IMG/VR virus record: IMGVR_UViG_3300049055_000031
Coordinates: 1-57,155 of that record
From: a virus
Taxonomy: Duplodnaviria; Caudoviricetes
Direction: 5' to 3' (one strand)
Length of the DNA stretch: 57,155 nucleotides
The translations under genes and the position numbers were made by a program. Positions 44,188 to 53,816 of this stretch are shown here, one piece after another (the first letter of the stretch is position 1; each line of letters begins with the position of its first letter). The notes beneath the pieces were generated by a model. It saw nothing but the letters and a program-made list of their open reading frames with translations. It was not told the origin of the DNA and did no database searches.

Positions 44188-44792
44188 TCACCGACATCTT
44201 AGCCGCGATGATCGAGTCTCAGCGGTTGGTCCAGAAGGAACACGGGTATGATTTCACTGCCATGACCGACCAGGAACGCATGACCTACCTCAGCACCATG
44301 ACTACGGCATGCACTAGTGAACTGCACGAGGCGCTTGCTGAAACCGGGTGGAAGCCCTGGGCATCATCCAACCACATCAACCGCGAAGAGTGGATGGGGG
44401 AAATGGCCGATGCTTGGCTGTTCTTCATGAATCTCATGCTAGTCGGGGGAATGACGGCAGAGGATCTGACCCAGCGTACGGCCAAGAAGCAAGACAACGC
44501 ATACAAGCGGATCAGGGACGGCTACGACGGGGTGAGCACCAAGTGCCCACGATGCCGACGCGCATACGACAACGAGGGCGTGAAATGCACGCCGGGTGCA
44601 TTCGGGGAGCTGGGGCAATGTGCGTACGTATCTCCGGATGTCAAGGTAGATGTCAACCCGGATATCTCCTGCATCATCTGCGGGCATGACTACATGGACA
44701 CTAAGTGTGCCCCAGCCAGTGAGCAGGGATTCGGTTGGTGCCACACCCAGAGCAAGTCCTTCCATCTTGACGGGACAATCGTCGGTGCTTAA
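44184..44792 (+). CDS. All-alpha dUTPase/dCTPase (MazG-like) with two Cys4 repeats
   Basis: ELHEAL..GWKPW...EMADAWLF. Confidence 0.85.
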   Translation: MITDILAAMIESQRLVQKEHGYDFTAMTDQERMTYLSTMTTACTSELHEALAETGWKPWASSNHINREEWMGEMADAWLFFMNLMLVGGMTAEDLTQRTAKKQDNAYKRIRDGYDGVSTKCPRCRRAYDNEGVKCTPGAFGELGQCAYVSPDVKVDVNPDISCIICGHDYMDTKCAPASEQGFGWCHTQSKSFHLDGTIVGA

Positions 44793-45762
44793 TTCCTTCG
44801 TGTACGACGACATTGACGATATGCATGAGACAGTGTGCAGCGCATTCTTTCGAGGTCGACTGGGTGAGGAATTCAACTGGCTTGGATCGTCTGAAGTCGG
44901 ACTGGACAATGTGACGTTGGGCGTTCGGTCGTTCGCTATACCGAGCATGGATTTGTCCCGTCTGTGGCTGACCCAGTCTCGATGGAACACCATGGTTCGG
45001 CAGTACATCAACCCCGATGCCCTCGACGCTACCCTGGGTATGGTAGAAGACCATCTCGCCAGGTCCAAGCGCAAGTCCGGTACGGCAACGCTTCGACTCA
45101 TGGCAACCGAGATATTATCCGGTGACGATCCCGGAGATGAAGTGATCGAATTGCAAACCAAGCTGGTCGAGGGTAAGAAATCGGGCAGGCAGGTTCGCCG
45201 GAGGTGGGGGTCATGCATGCTGGCTCTGACATACCGTAATGTGCCACATCCCACAGTGACCCTGACCAGCCGGACAACGTACTTCGGTTACCTCGCCATC
45301 ATGGACGCGATGGTAGCAAATGTCTTCGCCCAGAAGTGCGGTGCCATCGTCGGCATTGACCCTGAGGTGATGCGGTTTGTGTGGCACATCAACCTGGCAC
45401 AGTACCACGGCTTTCGGTCGCTGGCGTACCCGGCTGGCAATCCACGCATGTTGAAGTTCCTGGATCAATGCGTGGATGATGAGGCAAGATGGAAGAAATT
45501 GAAGACCGAAGGACGATTCGGAGTGCTCCGTACTCTCACCGGGTATCGACGGATATTGCAGTCAGATCGCGAAAAGCGTTTGTACGGAGACGAATCCTTC
45601 TCCTCTTTCTGTCGCGTACGCCGGAGGTTTCATACCGAGGTGCACGGATTCGACTACGCAAGTCAGTTCAATGGGGGAACCAGAATCGGCAGCACGAAGG
45701 CGTTCAAGCCGGTACCCTCATTGCCCGCAGAGTTATTGACGTTCTCAGCCATAGGGAGATAG
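44785..45762 (+). CDS. Divergent thymidylate-synthase-fold protein
   Basis: GSCML...SRTTYFGYLAIMD...WHINLAQYH aligns to the TS PC...RSxD...N/D...LH segments; GTG start inferred. Confidence 0.6.
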   Translation: MLNSFVYDDIDDMHETVCSAFFRGRLGEEFNWLGSSEVGLDNVTLGVRSFAIPSMDLSRLWLTQSRWNTMVRQYINPDALDATLGMVEDHLARSKRKSGTATLRLMATEILSGDDPGDEVIELQTKLVEGKKSGRQVRRRWGSCMLALTYRNVPHPTVTLTSRTTYFGYLAIMDAMVANVFAQKCGAIVGIDPEVMRFVWHINLAQYHGFRSLAYPAGNPRMLKFLDQCVDDEARWKKLKTEGRFGVLRTLTGYRRILQSDREKRLYGDESFSSFCRVRRRFHTEVHGFDYASQFNGGTRIGSTKAFKPVPSLPAELLTFSAIGR

Positions 45763-45764
45763 AC

Positions 45765-46004
45765 ATGCCGACACCACCCCATGACCTCGATGAGAAACGA
45801 GCGGACTTGATCCGCCAGTTCAAAGAATATCAACTGCAGGTATCAGAGGCCTTCGATGGGGTCCTGTCGGCATTGAACGATGGTCGCTTTGCTGAAGCCT
45901 GTAGCATCATGCTTACTATCAGTCGACACCAAGGACAAGCATCAGTCGGCATGCGAACGGTTCTTGTCAAGAACGGGTTTCTGGTCAGGGAGAAAACAGA
46001 ATGA
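45765..46004 (+). CDS. 79-aa helical protein between the TS paralogues
   Basis: SD AGGGAG; ATGA overlap with next gene. Confidence 0.65.
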   Translation: MPTPPHDLDEKRADLIRQFKEYQLQVSEAFDGVLSALNDGRFAEACSIMLTISRHQGQASVGMRTVLVKNGFLVREKTE

Positions 46005-46900
46005 TTCAGTCAGGGCAAGATGAGGTCGTCAACTTCCACAGTGGGGTAATGCCGTATCTTGCAGCAACGTTGCTGGATACCGACCCTGTACACATTGGAG
46101 AGTGGCAGTCAAAGGACACATCGGCAGTCCCTCACATGGCCACTTACGAGGTCATGGATATGCAGATCCGGATTGACGTCCCGAGAACCGACGTTGATCT
46201 AGCCCTGATGCTGGGCGAAGATCTAAACCTACCGTGGGCGGAGGAACACTTCGCTGAGAGAGTCAGCGGTAGGCCGTTCAATCCCCCGCCCTCGCACAAG
46301 GACTGGCCATGGGCTAAGTACAACGGTAACCACCAGACCGGCGATGAACAACAGTTCAGCCACACCTACCCTGAGCGCATGTGGCCGAAGCATGCTGGGT
46401 TGGGCAATGCTCCGGTTCCACCTGTGTTTGATGGCAACCACCATCGCGGTATCCGGTTCGACTACGGAGACCTGGATGATGTCGTAGACCTGCTGGTTCG
46501 GTCACCGTTGACACGTCAGGCGTATCTGCCCATCTGGTTCCCCGAGGACACTGGAGCACACCACCGGCAACGGGTACCGTGCACCCTCGGATACCACTTC
46601 ATGATCCGTGAATCTCAACTGTCGTGCCGGTACTATATGAGATCATGTGACCTCATCCGGCATTTCACCGATGATCTCTACATGGCTGCTCGTCTGATGC
46701 AGTGGATAACCGATCAACTGAACATGTGCCCAAACCCATGGCATGACTCAGCTCCTGCTCGAAAAGTCCTTGTCTGTCCGGAGTGCAAGTCGTCCGTCAA
46801 GACAGGTCGCTTGATCATGTACATCTCGAGCCTTCACGCATTCACCGGCGATGCGTACAAACTCAAGCAGATCAAGGACAGAGCTAATGTCGATCGGTGA
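46001..46900 (+). CDS. ThyA/dCMP-hydroxymethylase-family enzyme
   Basis: TRQA, VPCTLGYHFMIR, MRSCDLIRHFTDD, SLH. Confidence 0.9.
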   Translation: MIQSGQDEVVNFHSGVMPYLAATLLDTDPVHIGEWQSKDTSAVPHMATYEVMDMQIRIDVPRTDVDLALMLGEDLNLPWAEEHFAERVSGRPFNPPPSHKDWPWAKYNGNHQTGDEQQFSHTYPERMWPKHAGLGNAPVPPVFDGNHHRGIRFDYGDLDDVVDLLVRSPLTRQAYLPIWFPEDTGAHHRQRVPCTLGYHFMIRESQLSCRYYMRSCDLIRHFTDDLYMAARLMQWITDQLNMCPNPWHDSAPARKVLVCPECKSSVKTGRLIMYISSLHAFTGDAYKLKQIKDRANVDR

Positions 46901-47384
46901 AGCAACCCGACCAACGCGCGAAGAGACCCTCATGAGGCAGGCTGAGATCGTCGCAGAGCGCTCGACATGCTCCCGCGCACATGTGGGTGTGGTCATCGCC
47001 CATGAGGGCCGTATCGTGTCCCAGGGGTACAACGGTGCGCCTGCCGGGATGGACCACTGTAGTCACGATTGCTCGTGCGGCCTGGACTATGATCCCACCG
47101 ACGTTGAGGATGAGCACTTGACATCATGTCCGGTCGGTGCTTCGACTCGTACCGGATGCAAGGTATCTGTTCATGCCGAGGCCAACGCCATAGCATTCGC
47201 GGCCAAGCATGGTGTTGCCACCGGTGGCGCGGTGCTGTTCACCACGATGGCTCCGTGCCTGGCCTGTGCCCAACTCATCATCAACGCGGGTATCATGCGG
47301 GTGGTGTACGCTCGACCGTATCGGTTCGATGAAGGCCTTCAACTCTTGATTGAGGCCGGTGTAATGGTGGAGTTCGGAGGATGA
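46887..47384 (+). CDS. dCMP deaminase
   Basis: RSTC, GYNG, HAEANAI, PCLAC. Confidence 0.93.
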   Translation: MSIGEATRPTREETLMRQAEIVAERSTCSRAHVGVVIAHEGRIVSQGYNGAPAGMDHCSHDCSCGLDYDPTDVEDEHLTSCPVGASTRTGCKVSVHAEANAIAFAAKHGVATGGAVLFTTMAPCLACAQLIINAGIMRVVYARPYRFDEGLQLLIEAGVMVEFGG

Positions 47385-50029
47385 ACAAACGCCTGAGATT
47401 GGCGGTGCGCAATGCCGCATGTGCCGACTGCAAGTTGTCTAAAGACACTGACGACGAAGACATATGCATCACAGGCAGCGGACCGAATGACGCGATCATA
47501 GGGATTGTAACTCAGTTCCCAACGAACCCTGATTCGTCACACCGCGCGGTTATTGAGGAGACATTATCCAGTCTCGGGTTAGACCCCAGAACGTTCATGT
47601 GGATGTCCGCTGTGAAGTGCCGGGCATGGTCGGCAACGCCGAGCAAGGGAGACCTGAGGGCGTGCCGACCATACCTCACCAAAGAACTACAGTTCCTGAA
47701 CCTGACCCATGTGATCGCGTTCGGCAATGAGGCCCTGTTCGCGGCAACTGGCCGGAGCGGAATCACGAAGTGGCGCGGTCAGTTGTACGACCATCCGGCT
47801 GGACCTGTCATCTTCCCGACAATCAGTCCCTCTATGGTGTCGCGTAATCCCCGGTTTGCCGAGGGGTTCGCCGGAGACCTGCGATACTTCGCTAACCTGG
47901 TTCGTGGTGTAGAGGTCGAAGAGGACCCGTGGCATCTTCCCTTTGACGACCAGTGGACAAACGTTCTCACGAAGAAAGACCTGCAAACGATGGGTAAATC
48001 CATCGAGACGGCAGATGCAATCTCCTACGACATTGAGACCAATGGGGCATCAGAGGTCAAGACTGGGGCCAAGATAATGTCTCTCGCGGTAACCACCCTG
48101 CATTGGGTCGAAGACAAACCCGACCATGAGGGACGTGCGCATGTGTGGGCGTTACCGCTGGCGCATCCCGAGTCACCGTGGTTGCACATCTGGGAGCGTG
48201 TACTCAGGTGGTTGGCAAAGCGGATGTACAAACCGCGCTATCGTATCGCGCATAATGCCAAGTTTGACACCCGATGGCTTGTCCACTTCGGCATGCCCAA
48301 ACTGCTACCCACATTCGACACGATTATCGCTGCTGCTCTTCTGAATGAGAACCGCCAGAAGGGCCTGAAGCCACTGGCCCAGCAGATTCTTTCGGCCGAT
48401 CCATGGGCGATTGACACGAAAGACATTGCCACCACACCACTTGACGAAGTGCTAGACTACAACGGCCTAGACACATGGCACACCCTTCGACTCTGGATGC
48501 ACTTCCGCAAGGAACTCCAGGCGCAGCCACGGCTTGCCAAGTTGATGCTCCACCTCATGATGCCAGCCATTCAGGAGCTCGTCCATGTGGAGCGCCATGG
48601 GGTGTATGTGGACCAAGACCAACTGCTCAACAACTGGGCAATCGCTCAGGGCACGCTGGCTGGTATCGAAGCCGAGCTGATGACACACGTTCCAGACCCC
48701 GACGAAGTGCCGGATAACCTGAAGCACAAAAAGACTGGTGAAGTCAATGTCAACTGGAACGCATCCAACTTCTTACGGTGGTTGCTTTACGAGCACATAG
48801 AACTGCCGGTGATTCGACGAGGCAAGGTGAAAGACAACGGGTCACCCGGTGATCCATCATGCGCCGAGGACATCATGATGATGCTGGCGCCTGAGCATGA
48901 CGTACCTCGGCTACTGGTTGACCGCGTAGAGTGGAACAAGTTCAACACTTCCTTCTTCGGTCCATATGTCGAGCAGTTGAAAGAATCACCGGACGGACGA
49001 ATCAGATCCACATTCAAGCCGTGGGGTACAGTTACCGGCCGGTTGTCTTCAGGCAAAGAGGATAAAGAGAAGATCACAGGTAGGTCACAACTTCGCGGAG
49101 TTAATCTCCAGCAGGTCCCCCGTAACAAGTTGGTTCGCGGCGTGTTCGGAGCTGCTCCTGGTTGGGCATTCGTCGAAGCAGACTACAGCCAGATTGAGTT
49201 GCGGCTGGCGGCATTCCTCGCACAGGAACGCACCATGCTGAGCCTGTATGCCAGTGGACAAGACATCCATATGGCAATGGCTATGCGCATGACCGGTAAA
49301 CCCGCACACCTGGTCACCGCAGAGGAACGCAAGAAGGCTAAGGCAGTGAACTTCGGGTTCCTTTATGGCATGGGATGGGCCAAGTTTATTCACACCGCCT
49401 TCGCCAATTATGGTGTGATCGTAACCGAGGAAGAGTCTCGAGCCTTCCGCAAGTCGTTCTTCGATCAGTTCCCAGATCTCCTTCCATGGCACGCTCGGCA
49501 GCGTCGACTAGCGATGCAGTTCAAACGAGTAGAGACCCCGATGGGTCGCATTCGCCACCTACCCGACATTGACTCTTCGAATCCTGAGGTTCGATCTGAG
49601 GCTGAACGTCAGGCCATCAACTCACCAGTGCAGGGATTCGCATCGGACATGGCGTTGCTGTCGTTGGTCCACACCTCCCGGTTGTTCCGGCGTGTTGGCA
49701 TCCAAGCGTACCCCATTGGTGCCGTACACGATGCGGTGAACTTCGAGATTCGTATTGACGATCTTCCGGTTGCCCTACCGCTGATTAAGCAAACAATGGA
49801 GAATCTGCCCTTGGATCGGCTTTTTGACATCAACCTCACTGTGCCCATCGTGGCAGACCTCAAGGTGGGTTCGCACTGGGGCGGGGCTACTGAGATTCCG
49901 GCCAAACTTCTGAAGGTGCGTGGCGGTGACGGTGACAAAGCCGACACTGAACTGATTGAATGGTTGGCGGAGGAAATGCATTACAACATGAGGAAGTGGG
50001 ATGGCAATGGGCGAAAACTTGCTGCCTGA
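47381..50029 (+). CDS. polA: Family A DNA polymerase with N-terminal UDG-4-like domain and 3'-5' exonuclease
   Basis: CADCKL..VKC..ACRPYL; DIET, HNAKFD; DYSQIELR, KAVNFGFLYG, VHD. Confidence 0.95.
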   Translation: MNKRLRLAVRNAACADCKLSKDTDDEDICITGSGPNDAIIGIVTQFPTNPDSSHRAVIEETLSSLGLDPRTFMWMSAVKCRAWSATPSKGDLRACRPYLTKELQFLNLTHVIAFGNEALFAATGRSGITKWRGQLYDHPAGPVIFPTISPSMVSRNPRFAEGFAGDLRYFANLVRGVEVEEDPWHLPFDDQWTNVLTKKDLQTMGKSIETADAISYDIETNGASEVKTGAKIMSLAVTTLHWVEDKPDHEGRAHVWALPLAHPESPWLHIWERVLRWLAKRMYKPRYRIAHNAKFDTRWLVHFGMPKLLPTFDTIIAAALLNENRQKGLKPLAQQILSADPWAIDTKDIATTPLDEVLDYNGLDTWHTLRLWMHFRKELQAQPRLAKLMLHLMMPAIQELVHVERHGVYVDQDQLLNNWAIAQGTLAGIEAELMTHVPDPDEVPDNLKHKKTGEVNVNWNASNFLRWLLYEHIELPVIRRGKVKDNGSPGDPSCAEDIMMMLAPEHDVPRLLVDRVEWNKFNTSFFGPYVEQLKESPDGRIRSTFKPWGTVTGRLSSGKEDKEKITGRSQLRGVNLQQVPRNKLVRGVFGAAPGWAFVEADYSQIELRLAAFLAQERTMLSLYASGQDIHMAMAMRMTGKPAHLVTAEERKKAKAVNFGFLYGMGWAKFIHTAFANYGVIVTEEESRAFRKSFFDQFPDLLPWHARQRRLAMQFKRVETPMGRIRHLPDIDSSNPEVRSEAERQAINSPVQGFASDMALLSLVHTSRLFRRVGIQAYPIGAVHDAVNFEIRIDDLPVALPLIKQTMENLPLDRLFDINLTVPIVADLKVGSHWGGATEIPAKLLKVRGGDGDKADTELIEWLAEEMHYNMRKWDGNGRKLAA

Positions 50030-50183
50030 GGGACAACAAGTGTACGAGGGCTTGGAGATGTGGCTAAAAGCTCGCCGTGATGAACAACGTCAGCCGATCG
50101 CCCGACAGGCCATTGACGCATTGCTTGACGAGGTTCGTGAAGACGGAGCGGAGGGCTGGCTTCCGTGGCAAAAGGGACTCTGA
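50007..50183 (+). CDS. Hypothetical protein
   Basis: Overlaps polA end and exonuclease start. Confidence 0.55.
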   Translation: MGENLLPEGQQVYEGLEMWLKARRDEQRQPIARQAIDALLDEVREDGAEGWLPWQKGL

Positions 50184-51259
50184 CGTTCAACGGCCCAGCG
50201 CTGTATCTCGATGGAGGTAAGCGCGTCACGACGCACAGCATGATCTCATGCATGCGCAGATGCGCGAACCAGGCCAGATACAAGTACGCCGAGCGTCTGA
50301 AGATCCGATACGCCACTAAGCGTGACCGGCCGTTGAAGCGGGGTACGTGGTTCCATGCATTGCTTGAGGAGCACTATGCCGGTCGATCGTGGAAAGCGAT
50401 GCATGCTCGATTCACGCTCCAGTACGAGGCGTTGTTCGATGAGGAGAAAGAGGCTCTCGGGGATCTCCCCAACGAACTCCGGAACATGATGAGATCTTAC
50501 CTCTGGCACTACGGTGCCGACAAGGAAGACCCCTACCACGGCACGCGCACAGTCGGTACCGAAGTAACGCTTGAGTGCCCATGGCCGGACAGCAAAGACG
50601 GACTGGACATCTACCGGTGCCGGATTGATCGGATCTATGAGGACGAGTGGGGATTGTGGGCGGAGGATCACAAAACAAACCTGCGCCTACCGAGTCACAC
50701 CTTCCGTCAACTCGACGCGGCGAGTCCTCTCTACATCTGGTGTCTGCACGAAAACGGGTATCCGGTCAGTGGGTTCGTATGGAACTACATACGCGCTAAG
50801 ATTCCTAGTATGCCCAAGCTGACGCAATCGGGTCGGTTGTCAAGGGCTGCCATAGACACCGACTATCCGACAATGGTGCGTGGCCTGAGGCAACTCGGGT
50901 TGAACCCGGGAGATTACAAGAGCCTACTCCGCCCGTTGTATGACCAGAGGTATAAATACAATAAGGTGCAGACCTCAACGTTTTTCCGGCGTGATACGCT
51001 AGAAAAGGACCTTGGAATGATTCAGCGCGCTGTGGCCTCCGGCATGCGCACTCGGGATCGACTACACAATTACGATTGGGAAGACACCGATTCAGTTGAG
51101 CGGTCAGTTGAACGAACATGCGAAACCATGTGTTCATTCTGCAATCTCTGCACTGTAGAACTAATCGGGGGAGACGCAAAGACACTCCGAAAGCGACTGT
51201 TCCGCATTGGTGACCCACTCGATTACTACCACGATAAACCAGATCCTGAGACAAGTTGA
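50165..51259 (+). CDS. PD-(D/E)xK Cas4/RecB-like exonuclease
   Basis: C near N-terminus, RGTWFHALLE, RIDRI..EDHKT, C...CSFCNLC. Confidence 0.88.
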   Translation: MAKGTLTFNGPALYLDGGKRVTTHSMISCMRRCANQARYKYAERLKIRYATKRDRPLKRGTWFHALLEEHYAGRSWKAMHARFTLQYEALFDEEKEALGDLPNELRNMMRSYLWHYGADKEDPYHGTRTVGTEVTLECPWPDSKDGLDIYRCRIDRIYEDEWGLWAEDHKTNLRLPSHTFRQLDAASPLYIWCLHENGYPVSGFVWNYIRAKIPSMPKLTQSGRLSRAAIDTDYPTMVRGLRQLGLNPGDYKSLLRPLYDQRYKYNKVQTSTFFRRDTLEKDLGMIQRAVASGMRTRDRLHNYDWEDTDSVERSVERTCETMCSFCNLCTVELIGGDAKTLRKRLFRIGDPLDYYHDKPDPETS

Positions 51260-51307
51260 CCGGTAGTCCACACCGCGAAACGATGAACACCCGAACGGAG
51301 GGGCAAT

Positions 51308-51778
51308 ATGGATTACCGACCATCGGCCGAACGTACTCGGTCTCGCCGTTGGCGTGCCGGAAGCCGACGAAACAAGAGATACTCAATCACGCACATTCAG
51401 GTATGCCCCATGCCCGAGGTATGCCTGATCCATCGCAAAGGTGTGTTCCCCCGGCATCCAGCGATGGCTATGAAGTTGACTCGATGTGAGCAGCAGTGGG
51501 TTGATGACATGCGCTCGGATCATGTGCACATCCACATGAACCAAAGGCGCAAACCGTGGGAGACAGCCCTGCTTGCATTGCGTCAGAGAATCAACACTGA
51601 ACGGTTCCGGCGATCAGGTACTATCAACCAGTGCAGTCCTGGGATTGGCATGGATTACGGCTACCACAACCCCTATGCCCTGAGCGGAATGGTGGGAGCC
51701 ATGGACATTGCCATAGAAAATGCCCGTCAGGCTGAACTGTACCGAATGCAACTTCAGGCAATAACCAATGGCCGGTAA
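51308..51778 (+). CDS. Hypothetical protein
   Basis: SD GGAGGGG. Confidence 0.55.
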   Translation: MDYRPSAERTRSRRWRAGSRRNKRYSITHIQVCPMPEVCLIHRKGVFPRHPAMAMKLTRCEQQWVDDMRSDHVHIHMNQRRKPWETALLALRQRINTERFRRSGTINQCSPGIGMDYGYHNPYALSGMVGAMDIAIENARQAELYRMQLQAITNGR

Positions 51779-52580
51779 AACCAACTACTCGGCCCTTGCC
51801 AAGCAGCATATCCGGATGCCAGACACCGACAAGCCCCGGATGCCGCGAATCCTGGTGTACGGCCGGAACAAGAAGGGCAAGACGACATTCGGCAACAGCG
51901 CGCCGGATGTGCTGGCACTCGACCCCGACGACCAGCCCAAGGCCCTCAGGCCAACTTGGCCCATCGAACAATGGGAGGACATGCACGAGGCCTATCTCTA
52001 TCTCCGGGCTGGTAATCACCCTTACAAGTGGATCAATGTAGACGGGTTGTCGAAGATCTACGTGTACGCTCTCCGGTGGGTTCGGCGTGAAAGCGAAGAG
52101 CGCGCTAAGGCGATGGACAAGAAGCCGGGAATGAAAAAGATCCAGCATTACGGCTGGGCAAACGATCTCTTTGAAACCATGCTGAACAACTTCCACTCGC
52201 TCCGTGACCTGGGTATTGTGTTCACCGCACAGGAGCGAATGGTTGGTGTGTCCGAGCTGGACGACAACACCGACGACGATGACTACACACCAACATCTTA
52301 CCAGTACGTAGTACATTTGCCCAAAGGCGCTCGTGCGCCGCTGAATGCCATAGTTGACTTGACCGGTCGTATCTACGTTGTGAGAGGGGACTTCGAGCGA
52401 CGGGTTAAAGTCAATGGCGAGTGGGAAATCCAGGAGTACAGGAAACAACGTCGTCTCTTGATCGGAGTAGACGACATGTACGAAACCGGATACCGATCTG
52501 ACTTCGTACTTCCCGATATCATCGAAGACCCGACCGTGAAGAAAGTGGTCAGGGCGTTACGAACAGGAGTGGTGAAGTAA
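51768..52580 (+). CDS. AAA_24/Sak4-like recombinase ATPase
   Basis: ILVYGRNKKGKTT; NVDGLS; FTAQE. Confidence 0.85.
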   Translation: MAGKTNYSALAKQHIRMPDTDKPRMPRILVYGRNKKGKTTFGNSAPDVLALDPDDQPKALRPTWPIEQWEDMHEAYLYLRAGNHPYKWINVDGLSKIYVYALRWVRRESEERAKAMDKKPGMKKIQHYGWANDLFETMLNNFHSLRDLGIVFTAQERMVGVSELDDNTDDDDYTPTSYQYVVHLPKGARAPLNAIVDLTGRIYVVRGDFERRVKVNGEWEIQEYRKQRRLLIGVDDMYETGYRSDFVLPDIIEDPTVKKVVRALRTGVVK

Positions 52581-52581
52581 A

Positions 52582-53337
52582 GTGGCAGCCAAGACTAAGA
52601 CCTTGGATTTCAGTGGTGTCGAGGATCGCGCTGGCAACTTCCGGCCTCGCCGGAAACCGGAGGGTGACTACTATGCAGTCATCACCGACGTCTCGGATCA
52701 CACCTCCAAGGAGGGTAACGACGGTTGGGTTTTCACGGTCAAGGTGAACGGTGACAGCCGGGCTACCTACCCGTACTACTGCAACTTCGACAAGGAGCAA
52801 CTGTGGAAGTCGCGGGGTCTCTGCATCGCGGCTGGCCTCAAGGTTCCTTCGTCCAAGGTCAAGATGGACCCCAACAAGTTGGTTGGCCGGGGTATCGGCA
52901 TCGCCCTTGAAGACGACGAGTACGAGGGTCGAATGAAGTCGGTCATCGCCGCCGTGTTCCCCAAGGACGACATCTCCGACGCGCGCAACGACGGGGACGC
53001 CAAGTCATCTAAGGCCAAGGCCAAGTCCCGCCAGGCCGAAGAGGACGACGACGAGGACGACGACGAGGACGAAGAAGAAGAAACCCCGAAGCGTAAGGGC
53101 AAGAAGTCGCGCAAACCGGAACCCGACGACGATGAAGACGAGGACGAGGACGAGGACGAGGAGTCCCCGGCCAAGTCCAAGAAGGGCAAGTCCAAGTCCA
53201 AGAAGTCGCGCGATGACGACGACGAAGATGAGGACGACGACGAGCCACCGGCCAAGAAGTCCAAGTCCAAGAAAAAGGGCAAGAAGGCCCGTGACGAGGA
53301 CGACGATGATGATGAGCTGGACATCGACGATCTGTGA
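52582..53337 (+). CDS. Single-stranded DNA-binding protein (DUF669-like) with long D/E-K tail
   Basis: PEGDY, DEYEGR motifs; acidic C-terminus; follows recombinase. Confidence 0.8.
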   Translation: MAAKTKTLDFSGVEDRAGNFRPRRKPEGDYYAVITDVSDHTSKEGNDGWVFTVKVNGDSRATYPYYCNFDKEQLWKSRGLCIAAGLKVPSSKVKMDPNKLVGRGIGIALEDDEYEGRMKSVIAAVFPKDDISDARNDGDAKSSKAKAKSRQAEEDDDEDDDEDEEEETPKRKGKKSRKPEPDDDEDEDEDEDEESPAKSKKGKSKSKKSRDDDDEDEDDDEPPAKKSKSKKKGKKARDEDDDDDELDIDDL

Positions 53338-53350
53338 CATTTGCTGAATA

Positions 53351-53484
53351 GCCGGATGGCGTGCCACCATATAAGTGGATGACGTTACTTCGGCCTCCAA
53401 TCGGGTTCTGTCAACGCCCTGACTAACCCCACCCTAGAAGTCCCGGTGTCCTTGATCGTCGTGGCGATCGGCACCGGGACTTCT
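53351..53484 (+). other. Structured intergenic region (two long hairpins)
   Basis: GCCGGA..TTCGGC stem 53351-53394; AGAAGTCCCGGTG..CACCGGGACTTCT stem 53436-53484. Confidence 0.55.
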
Positions 53485-53503
53485 GGTTGTTCGAGGAGGA
53501 ACG

Positions 53504-53806
53504 ATGGCACAAGGCGAATCGCGTTTGTCACGGCAGATCGCTACCAGAATCCGCCAGCGTGGCGGGTTCGTGTTCAAGGTGCACGGGGGTCCAACCATGA
53601 TGGCCGGTCTGCCCGATCTCGTCGGTTGCTACCGGGGTGTGTCCATATGGCTGGAGACCAAGATGCCGGAGGGCAAGGACCCCACTCCAGTTCAATTACT
53701 AAGGCACAACCAGATTAGAGCCGCTCAGGGCGTCTGTACGGTCGTTCGGAGCGTGGCCGATGCGATGGCCGTATTGGATGCCATTGACGCGTCTACGGAC
53801 ATCTGA
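53504..53806 (+). CDS. VRR-NUC nuclease (Holliday junction resolvase-like)
   Basis: ES.L, AGLPDL, WLETK, PTPVQ. Confidence 0.9.
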   Translation: MAQGESRLSRQIATRIRQRGGFVFKVHGGPTMMAGLPDLVGCYRGVSIWLETKMPEGKDPTPVQLLRHNQIRAAQGVCTVVRSVADAMAVLDAIDASTDI

Positions 53807-53816
53807 GGGCACTAGA

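Noticed and set aside
46001-46900. Calling this gene thyA
   Set aside because: The specificity residue is Asp rather than Asn, and thyX is present
50165-51259. Cas4 as part of a CRISPR-Cas system
   Set aside because: No other cas genes or array; sits in the usual exonuclease-recombinase-SSB module
51260-51380. Possible hammerhead ribozyme (two CGAAAC)
   Set aside because: No CUGANGA core; the region has an SD-led ORF at 51308
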